Below, one piece after another: positions 54,670-64,000 of a stretch of 64,000 nt of DNA. Made by a program: the position numbers and the translations under genes. Each line of letters begins with the position of its first letter. Within the stretch, counting starts at the first letter, position 1. The DNA is from Octopus sinensis (lineage: Eukaryota), in assembly GCF_006345805.1 (NCBI RefSeq), contig NC_042998.1, positions 175,522,001 through 175,586,000 on the forward strand, written 5' to 3'. The notes under the pieces are model-generated. The model did no database searches, had not been told where the DNA came from, and was given only the letters and a program-made list of their open reading frames with translations.

Positions 54670-54885
54670 CTCTCCCCTCTGCTGGTGGCATGTAAAAAGC
54701 ACCCACTACACTCTCAGAGTAGTTGGCGTTAAGAAGGGCATCCATCTGTAAAAACCTTGCTAGATCAGATTTGAGCCTTGTTCAACCTCCTGGCTTGCTT
54801 GTTCTCAGTCAAACTGTCCAACCCATGCCAGCATGGAAAGTGGATGTTAAACGATGATGCTGATGCTGATGATATATATATATAT
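54670..54885 (+). mobile_element. RTE LINE 3' tail, opposite orientation to its neighbour
   Basis: aaaagcacccactacactctc...cccatgccagcatggaaagtggatgttaaacgatgatg. Confidence 0.85.
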
Positions 54886-54909
54886 ATATTATATATATAT
54901 ATATATATG

Positions 54910-54951
<42 letters not shown>

Positions 54952-55010
54952 CAGACAGACAGACAATATAGGTAGTGTGATATCCCAACTGTTTCCTCTG
55001 CTTATACCAT

Positions 55011-55895
55011 TACTAGCTGACATACTTGGTAATTCCCAGGAAAGCAGGGCTTATCCTTTGGTTTCGTTCTCATAATTGTTTCGCTAATCCAGTAACAACA
55101 AGACAAAGTACATAGCCCTTAAAACAGTTTTTGTGCATTTACAGAGAACACCAAACACAGGATCTTGTTTTTAGGAATTCCCAATAAGTTATGAATACCC
55201 AAATTGTGAAGTCAATTATGTAATAACATGAAATTAGTTACCTGATAGTAAAAATTCAAATAAAGTGTCTACAAAAAGGGCTTTAATGTGTTCCCAGAGT
55301 ATATAGAACTTAAGAGGAAATACTAATAAGGTATGTATATTAAAATTGTGAAGCATCTTATGTAATAACTGCCTAATCAGATATGAGATAACAGTTCAAA
55401 GTAAATAACTCTGAAAAGGGCTTTTGTCCGTTTCCAGAGAATATTACCCTCTTTGGCGCTAGTGGTGGTATATTTGTGAATAAGTCCCTAACCGAAATAA
55501 GTGGATCTGTTGTTTAGGAAAATACAATTTGCTTGTTTAAGGGTTGTACTGGATAAATTGCAAAAATAACTCTAACAGTTCAAATACTAAGAAATAAGCA
55601 TGCTCAATTTGATTTATGCCAAATGATTTAAGCAAATGAATGGGTTATTTTCCTTGACTGTTAAAATCTGGGCGAATGAGTTATTTCCCTTGGCTGTTAA
55701 AATGAAATATATTAAATATATATAAGCATCCCTTCCAGGGGCCCTATTATCGATTTTTTTCAACAATCTGAGTATGCCATGAGGTTTCCAGACATGAGTT
55801 CTACTCACGTGTCAAGTTTCATCAAAATCAATAAAACAATGTAAGAGGAGTTAGCTAACAACTCCACAAACACACTCACAGACAGATCACATTAT
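55011..55895 (+). mobile_element. Decayed non-autonomous Helitron/HINE-like element
   Basis: Starts TACTAGC; contains two degenerate internal repeats of about 140 bp; ends gtgtcaagtttcatcaaaatc...acaaacacactcacagacag, like HINE/DINE-type 3' ends (recalled). Confidence 0.45.
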
Positions 55896-56477
55896 TTTCC
55901 AACTTTCTGTCTTGTTATACAATTACACTGCAAACAATATTTCCAGAGTTTTCAACTCTAATATGTACTTTTTATCTATACAACAACAACAGCAACTACA
56001 TGCTGGACTGTAATAATAAAATAAGCAGATGTACTTCAAGGGGAAACAGTTGGGATTTTACTCTGGCCACAGTCAAATGACTGAAACAAAAGAGTTAAAG
56101 AATATATATGTATATATGAATTTAGGTTAGGTGAAATAAGTTTGTCAGATTTGTCACATATTTCAACTGCTAAAGGCAAATACACTGCAGTTACTGTAGA
56201 GAAAAAGTCTCTCTTATGGTAAAAAGGTGTGAAAACACCCCGTACGTTCAGACCAATATTTTGAGTTTTTTAAAACATTGATGTCTGAGATTCCTAACAG
56301 ATGGTGACACTGAACAAACTGGCTGTTTTCACACCTTTTTACTTTGGTAACTGCAGTGTATTTATCTTTTTGCACTTGAAACATGTGACAAACATATTTC
56401 AACTAAACTAAATTCTGCTCATACCTAAACTCTGGTCTGCACCAATGCTTCAATATATATATATATATATATATATA

Positions 56478-56655
56478 TTCGCCATGATAGATCGCTAGCC
56501 ACTACACATTCTTTATTTTCTCTCCTCGTTTCTTTCTGTGGAAGAGCGTAGGCTCAAAACATTAAAGATTGTTTCACTTCCTGAGTGTTATACTAATACA
56601 TCTGTTTGTTGTCTACACCACCTGTCTTCGTCTTTTGTTTTTTTGTGAATTCTCT

Positions 56656-56693
<38 letters not shown>

Positions 56694-56870
56694 GAAATTG
56701 ATAGAAAAACAAAAAATGAAGACAGGTGTAGGAACAACAAGCAAGTTTATTAGTTTGACGCTCAGAAAAGATGAGAAAGTGATTTACATTTCAAGCCTAT
56801 GCTCTTTGACAGAAAGGAATAAGAAGAAATAGAGAGAGAATGAAAAAAACGTGTATAGTTCAGCGGTCCA
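56478..56870. mobile_element. Inverted pair of Penelope-like terminal repeats around (TA)n
   Basis: 56478-56660 is an imperfect reverse complement of 56690-56870 (cacctgtcttcgtcttttg / aaaaatgaagacaggtg; gaagagcgtaggctc / aagcctatgctctt). Confidence 0.6.
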
Positions 56871-56979
56871 ACATAGCAAATGATCGAGAAAAAGAGGTCG
56901 AATGAAAAAGAGGTCGAATGAAAAAGAGATAATAATGGTGGTAATAGGGTGATGATCCTGACAAGTCAAGGTGTGCAGG

Positions 56980-57550
56980 TGTGTGTGTGTGTATGTGAGA
57001 ATGGTGTGTGTCAGTGTGTAAGTGTCTATGTGTGAATGGGAGCAAGTGTGTTTGATGCGTGTGTGTGTGTTGTATAAAGCAGTTGATGTATGCTATTTCA
57101 CATGGTGTGTGCACATTTGTATGTGTGTGTGTGAGTTTGTCTTTGACCAAATAGTGTGCGTGTATATAGTGTATGTGGGTGAAAGTTATCTTTCTGTGTG
57201 TGTGTGTTGCATGTGTGTATATATTTTCTGTGTTCAGGTATAATGTGCTTGTGTAGGTATGGGAGTGTGGTGTGTGTACTGAGTTAAACAGTTGTATGTA
57301 TGGTGATGCTATTGAAGATTTTGTGTGTGTGTGTGTGTGTGTATGTGTGTGATGGTGTGTGGTGCGGATGCTGAGAAGTGGTTAGTGCTGGTGTGTGTGT
57401 AGGTGAGGGCACTGAGGTGGGCAGTATGCAGGTGTGTAGGTAGAGGGCGGGGGGCAATTGAATGTGGGAGGTGTGTGGGAATCTGTGTGGAGTTGGTGTC
57501 AAATGAAGAGAGGAGGTGAGGTTGGTGTCAGATGAAATGCATACATACAC
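56980..57550. repeat. Imperfect (GT)-rich low-complexity tract
   Basis: Direct composition. Similar (GT)n/(TA)n tracts occur at 11521-11590, 15950-16035, 21170-21400, 22640-22720 and 49600-49700. Confidence 0.9.
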
Positions 57551-59874
57551 ACAAAAGTGGTTCTATTAGGAATGGTACCCTGATATTGGTGCATGATGCA
57601 GCTCTTGTTTCAGTTTTTGATACAAGGTCAGCAATTTCAGGTGAGAGGTTAGTTGAGTAATCTGTTTATGAAAATCAATGTGCATTTGTATATTTTTAGT
57701 GCTGAAAAGCAGTGGGCATCACAATTCTGAAGCCACTTGGCTATTTAGTATAAGACATTGTGCCTTATGTAAATTTGTACCATTTAAATTTTCCTTTTCG
57801 ATCAAAGAATTTCTCTCTTGCATGGCTGCTTATTTTCAAGGTTGGTGTTTAGCCATTCTTTACATCTAACAATTTGATTGGTATCACAGCTGCAGCTGCT
57901 TTGCATGGATTGTGTTTCATCTTGCTTTGCTTTCTTTTTACTATATTTTTCAGTTTACATAATTTGTGTTGGTGATCTGATTCTGAGTGGCTTTTTTTCA
58001 AAACTTTACAGATTTTCTTCCTACATTTTTCTTCTTTCTCCTTATTCCAATCTCTCATATACATCCTGCTATGACTTTTCTCTTGCTTTTCTATTTCAAA
58101 ACCAGAAAGATTTTCAGATGTATATGAAGTGGATTTCCTTAATGCCTTTTCTTTTCTTTTTCTTTCCATAATATAAGACACTGCTTATTCATTTACATTT
58201 AAGAAACTTAATTTCTACTTTTAGTAGTTAAATTCTATTCCATGTTGGTTGGAAATGTTCATATATTTAATCTCTTACAGGAAAAAGAAAAAATATCATC
58301 AAAGGATTGTGGATTCTTTTAAGATATTAACAAGAAAATAATAAACAATTTCCTCAAAATATAATATCTGTAATTAATATTTCTTTACCTTTCTGTATTT
58401 AAGTTGTCATTTAATTTAAGAAATATCAATTATTTTTGAGCAATAGAGGCTCTCACCACAAAATCTAATTCTTTTTTATCATTTGGAGATGGCAGCCTCA
58501 GATACTTCTGCATCGAAGGAAGACAGGACAGTTTTTATGAAATATAAAGAGTGTTGTAATTTAAGTTTTGATAAAATATTTTCTGAATCTCAGCAGACAA
58601 AGAGAATGATATATAGATGCATGCACAGCTATGTGTTTAAGAAGTTTTCTTTGTGGCTACGTGGTTCTGAGTTCAATCCACTGTGTGGCATCTTGGATAT
58701 ATGTTTTCTATAGCAGCCTTGGGTTAGTCAATACCATGTGAGTGGAATTTGGAATTCGGTTGATGGTAACTATGTTTTTTTTTGTTTTGTGACTTAGCGT
58801 TTTAACGAATAGAGGTTGAAATAAGCACTGGGGTTGACGTGATCAACTCCCTTGTAGGTAGTAACCCAGCATGGCCACATTCCAATGAGTGAAACCAGCA
58901 AAAAGATATTTGTGAAGAGTTTAATACTTTCTTCTTTTTGGCCTCGAAATGGCTGTCTGCTAGATCAGCCCAGTTGCTCTACAAGGGTTAAAAATATAAT
59001 TGGAATAAGTATCATGTTCCAAACCTAATTTTTGGTTTCACTTCTTTGTATGTATACTTTTTAAGTGATTTTATGTTGGTGGATATTGTGGCCTTGATTC
59101 CAGGGGTTATTGTGACCTTGATTCCAGGATTTATTGTTTTGGCGCATAGGATCACTAACTCATTGAATAGGGTTCTTGGAACTGGTCACTCTTCTTCTCA
59201 AATGTACTTATTTACATTTTAATTATTTTTCCATGCTGTCATTACTGGAATAGATCCATTGATTTGGAATTTTATATTAAGATATTTATACATCTTTACA
59301 ATCCTACAATATTTGTTGCATGTGTAGAATGAATGTGCACCCGTTCCTTTTCTCTAGTCTTTGATGAAGTGTTTCATGTGTCATTTGTCATCAAGTATAC
59401 CAGATAAGATCTGGTTGAAATATTTTGTCTTTGAAGTAACCCCTCATACTGAAACATTTACTTGGTTTTCTCTCGTCAGTTCTGAGGATAACAGACTCTA
59501 TCAGAAATGTTTGATTTCATTCTTTTAGCAATGAGTTATTATGTACAGGTATTGATGCATTTTTCGTATAGATTAGATCAAATTAATGCTTACTGAATTA
59601 ATCTGTATTTAAATATTTATTAACAACTTGTAATCAGAAAGCAGTTGCATGCCCACACACATCATCATCATCTATGAATGTTATGCTACCTCAGCACAAA
59701 TTGTTGTTATAAAAGTACATCTGTTAAAGATGTGTTGCTTTAGCAATGTTTGTTTGTCCCACTTTTTCTCTCACTACCCATATGGAGAAAGAAAATATAA
59801 AACTAATGGAAATTGTTGGCAATTCACCATGGGGAAGGGAGATAATTTCAAAAGAAATGAATTATATTGGTTTC

Positions 59875-60080
59875 AAATTTTGGCTCAAGGCCAGCAGTTT
59901 CAGGGAAGAGGAGTACGTTATGCTGACCCCCAGTACTCAACTGGTACTTATTTTATCAATCCTGAAAGGTTGAAAGATGAAGTTGAGCTCAGTGGAATTT
60001 GAACTCAGGTCATAAGGACAAATGAAATGCTGCAAAGTATTTTGCTCGTCATGGTAATAGTTCTGCCAGCTCTCTGTCTT
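59875..60080 (-). mobile_element. Same SINE family, diverged
   Basis: ccccagtactcaactggtacttattttatcaatcctgaaagg. Confidence 0.7.
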
Positions 60081-61162
60081 AATGAATTAAGTATTACTAA
60101 TTTATTTTACTTGCTTAGAGGAAAATTTAATTTTTGTTAGTAGGCAACTGAACATCTGCAAATATGTTTCATTATATGGATGTATGTGATAGAGTAGTAA
60201 GGTACAAATCAAATGGTAGTCAATACCCTAAAGCAGGGTGTTAATTTAAATTGGTTGGCCCATTGAGCATTAGCTTAATTAAGCTGACCATATCAGAGAT
60301 ACAGAGATTACTGGATTTGGTTGACTATAACTATGATGTCTACATGACTTTCACAGTAGTTGCCAATGCTTGTTTCAGTCAATCAAATTATATATATATA
60401 TATATTAGAGAGAGAGAGAGAGCATGAAAAGCAGGATAGGAGAAGAAACTCTTTCAAAAACATTCCTGGCTCTCATATGCAATAAATGACTCATTGAACA
60501 AGTGTCTTCTACCATCACATTCAGTCAACAAAATCTGTGTGAATGAAATTTGGTTGATGAAACTGTTGGAGGGACAGTTTCCTTCTTTCTTGGTAGACTT
60601 AATCATTACTCTGTTTACCACTATCAACTCCATGATCATTGCCACTGCCACATGACTTTTAGGTGCCTGTAGCAGAGTCTATTCTCTTATAAACATTTTG
60701 ACCAGCTCTGAGGATAACTTACTCCCACCAGTGATGGAGGTCCTGAAAATTGCCATAGATGCTGCCTTTCCTGCCTGACAAAGCAATTTATATATAAAGT
60801 TAAACCAAACATGAAAACACAAAGAGAAAATACAACAACGCAGGACTTGGAACAAGTATAGTGTTATTAGATGCCCAGGAAAGGAAAGAAAGAAGGAGGA
60901 TATATATATATATATATATATATTGTTGCTATTATGTTAAACTATTGTATGTCCAAATTTGGCCAAATGTGTCTTTCTCAATATTTATTTTCTCTTACAA
61001 TAGCCTATTCTTTTGTTCAAACTATCATATCTCCAGCTGCTTTGGATGCCAATATATCAAAAATTGTCAAAATGTACTACAGCAGTTTTGCCATGGAAAG
61101 ACGAAACTAATTTTTTGTTTTCTGAAAAGGCAATGTTTTGGACTTGCATAATAGCAACAATA

Positions 61163-61214
<52 letters not shown>

Positions 61215-62036
61215 TGACTTTGTCTGCTCTATCATCTCATTTATTAGTTTATTGCAATCCTGTAACTCAAGGCTCATGAATTTTAGTATCATTTAGTTAA
61301 TTACACTTGATTTGTTTTGTTTTTACTCAGTGGTGACAGTTTCTTGAGCCTGTTTTCAAATAATGACTGCAATTACTGATCATTGATTTTAAGCCACCCA
61401 AGATACATTAGACTAGATATGTTTTGTTTCAGCTTGTTTGATATCATACTATTTAGCTCATAAGCATGTGATATAGCTGTTTGAGAATGTTATTGCTAGT
61501 TTGCAACTCTTCACTTAATTTTAATATTTCAGAAAAGTTTTGGTTGAGTTAACACTAAATGCAGGCTTTGTGGATTTGATCCCTATCCGGTAATTTTGAT
61601 ATTTTAGGACTTATTTTATGTTAAGAATAGATGGTAAGTTTCATTGTCTAGAGGTTATTCCTTGGCTTGTAACCAGCTGTTGTTAATCGTGCTAGACTTA
61701 ATTAGCTCAATTAGATAGGAGTGGACTATTTCTCAGAAGGTAAGCTATGAGTTTATGTTAATACAAAAGAGTCGATGTCAGAATAATGTTATTTTAATGT
61801 TAAGAAATTAAGTTGGGGAATGTATAGTTTAATTTTTCAATTTTCAAATTTCTTTATTGCTATGTATTCCTTACAGCAGGTGATCCCATAAACAAGGAAG
61901 AACTGAAGCTGAATAAAAGCTGATGTGAATCCCTTCTCAACTTTCAGAACTAGCATCTTTAACTTTCGATACCACTTTTATGAGATTTTTGTTTGTTTAA
62001 GGTTGTTCAATCTCTACCTTATTTGATGTGTTTCAG

Positions 62037-62177
62037 TGTCATATACCAGATGGTGGCGTTGTTCCTAAGTCCCTATACATGAAAGATGATGATGCTGATA
62101 AATCACCTGATGAACCAACCTTTGCTACAGACAGTATCTATCAGACAACACATGTTGTTAAAGATTATCCACATGAG
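62037..62177 (+). CDS. SEC14L1: SEC14L1-like exon (linker to GOLD), 141 nt
   Basis: tttcag|TGTCAT...CATGAG|gtaatc; CHIPDGGVVPKSLYMKDDDADKSPDEPTFATDSIYQTTHVVKDYPHE. Confidence 0.93.
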
Positions 62178-62396
62178 GTAATCCCCATACCTTTTAAAAG
62201 ATTGTTTTAAACTTTTCTTGTTTTTTTTTTCAATCATCATATGATCTATATAACATGGCATTATATTTTGCTTATATAATTATTTTTATAGTTTTATCCT
62301 AATTAGGATTTAGAATATGAAAATTTGTGTTTAATAATGATATTAATGTTACTCTCAGTATGATGAATACATTCTCTAACTGTATTTATTTGTCAG

Positions 62397-62642
62397 GTTT
62401 TAATCCAAGTACCCCAGAAGAACTCAGTTATCACATGGGACTTTGATATCTTGAAAGGTGACATTACTTTCACTGTGTTCCGGTGTATGAAGCAGTTACA
62501 TGAACCCATTCACACTCACCATGTAACAGGAGCAACGGCAGGTATTGGTTCCGTGCAGTACATTGAGAAATCGATGGCTGTTGGTGCTGAGTTGAGCATT
62601 GTTGAGCCCCCTCATATATGTCGTGATGGTGATAGTATACAG
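62397..62642 (+). CDS. SEC14L1: SEC14L1-like exon (GOLD), 246 nt
   Basis: tgtcag|GTTTTA...ATACAG|gtaagt; VLIQVPQKNSVITWDFDILKGDITFTVFRC...IVEPPHICRDGDSIQ. Confidence 0.93.
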
Positions 62643-62684
62643 GTAAGTGTGATTTTATTTGCACTGTTAGAATATTCTTTTGTC

Positions 62685-63050
62685 TGTTTCAGTCATTTGA
62701 CTGCAAGCATGCTGGAACACCAGTTTGAAGGATTTTAGTCGAACAAACCGACCCCAGGACTTACTTTTTAAGCCTAGCACTTATTCTATCAATCATTTTG
62801 TTGAACTGCTAAGTTACAGGGATGTAAACACACCAACACTGGTTGTCAAGCGGTGATGGGGGACAAATACAGATAGACAGACAGACACACACACACATAT
62901 ATATGATAGGCTTGTTTCAGTCTACCAAATCCACTCACAAGGCTTTGGTCAGCTGAGGCTATAGTAGAAGATACTTGCCCAAGGTTCCACACAGTGGGAC
63001 TGAACCTGGAATCATGTGGTTGGGAAGCAAACTTCTTACCCTGTGTTATA
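62685..63050 (-). mobile_element. tRNA SINE family with internal (GT)n and a cagtcaaatgactgaaac tail
   Basis: Similar to 16545-16905 (-); the head also occurs at 26375, 46915 and 58630 (+). Confidence 0.8.
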
Positions 63051-63664
63051 AAACACATGTACAAATTTAATATTTATTAATTTTTTTCTTAGGTACAAAA
63101 TCAATTTTTATGGGTATCTTGTTTTTATATATTAACCACATTATATTACTGGTACATATTTTATCTCATACACATGGTTGAGAACTCATTTTGGAACTGG
63201 GTACATCCAAAGGCCTTACACATAGAACATGATGATAACTAGGAATAGGATGGGGGAGAGGATACAGTCACGTTACACATCAGATTCTACTGTGAGCCAT
63301 TCAGAGAATATCTTCATTAATGATCACAGTGCATTTAAAATGGTTACAAAACCAGACTTCTTGACTGACAGTATTCTCAAGAATTCCATATGGCTACAAG
63401 ATTTTCCGGTCAAGTTTGGCTGAAGTTTTTGAAATTATATTACACATTGTAGTAGGGTCATAATAACCATTTAAACATGCAGATACTATTGTTTTTAACC
63501 CTTCTTTTACTTTGTAATTGTATCAAAACCTTTTGTCATGCATTTGTAATCTGCTTCATTGGTAGTCTATTCCATTCTGTTGTATCTCACATATTTACAA
63601 TGATGGTTCTACATACTGGCTGTATAGAAAATAGTTTGCTGTCATAGTTATACTTTTCTTTCAG

Positions 63665-63810
63665 GGATCCATAGTAACAGGTCAACCTGGAAGTTATATC
63701 TTACAGTGGAAACATTTTGATTCAGCTAAACCTTCATTTGACTTCCCGCTCTCTTCACACAAGTCCAAAGTCATGTATTATACTGAACTGCTGAAGTCAG
63801 AAGCTTTCAA
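63665..63810 (+). CDS. SEC14L1: SEC14L1-like exon (GOLD C-term), 146 nt
   Basis: tttcag|GGATCC...TTCAA|gtaagt; GSIVTGQPGSYILQWKHFDSAKPSFDFPLSSHKSKVMYYTELLKSEAF. Confidence 0.92.
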
Positions 63811-64000
63811 GTAAGTGCTTACTGTCTAGATCTTCTTCTGTATTTTATTACATCCCATTACAGTCTGAGTTTTAATTATACCTGGATTGAATTGCCTTTC
63901 ATTCTTCTGAATTCTATAAACTATAAGTACCATTTAAATACTGGGGTCAATGTATTTGGCTATTGCTCACTGGAGGAATAATTTGTTGCTCAATTTGATA

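Noticed and set aside
57849-58181. 110-aa K/E/R-rich minus-strand ORF as a nested gene or transposase piece
   Set aside because: Low-complexity composition and no recognisable motif or splice structure.
59170-59560. Possible decayed Penelope GIY-YIG fragment (- strand)
   Set aside because: Only a vague resemblance with many stops; it cannot be supported without a profile search.

Overview
AT-rich, microsatellite-dense eukaryotic DNA. The repeat landscape (RTE LINEs with (ATG)n tails, tRNA-derived SINEs) looks like an octopod cephalopod (Octopus-like; inferred, not verified). The window lies entirely inside one + strand gene, a SEC14L1/real-time (retm)-like lipid-transfer protein (PRELI/MSF1 - CRAL-TRIO - GOLD). 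I could assemble 13 coding exons (7573..63810) with canonical AG/GT borders and consistent phases. I did not find the first coding exon or the final exon, so both probably lie outside the window. Almost none of the provided ORFs are genes: they are microsatellite read-throughs or TE antisense frames. The introns hold RTE LINE copies (one with about 500 uninterrupted codons and a PHD-type finger inside the RT), several SINE families with swapped modules, mariner relics, hAT and piggyBac MITEs, Penelope-like ends and a probable Helitron-like relic. The most notable unexplained signals are near-perfect local inverted duplications, long hairpins and a candidate in-frame 39-nt cassette exon. I see no clear wholly new system. 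Family names come from recalled motifs, not database searches, and TE boundaries are approximate unless TSDs/TIRs are quoted.
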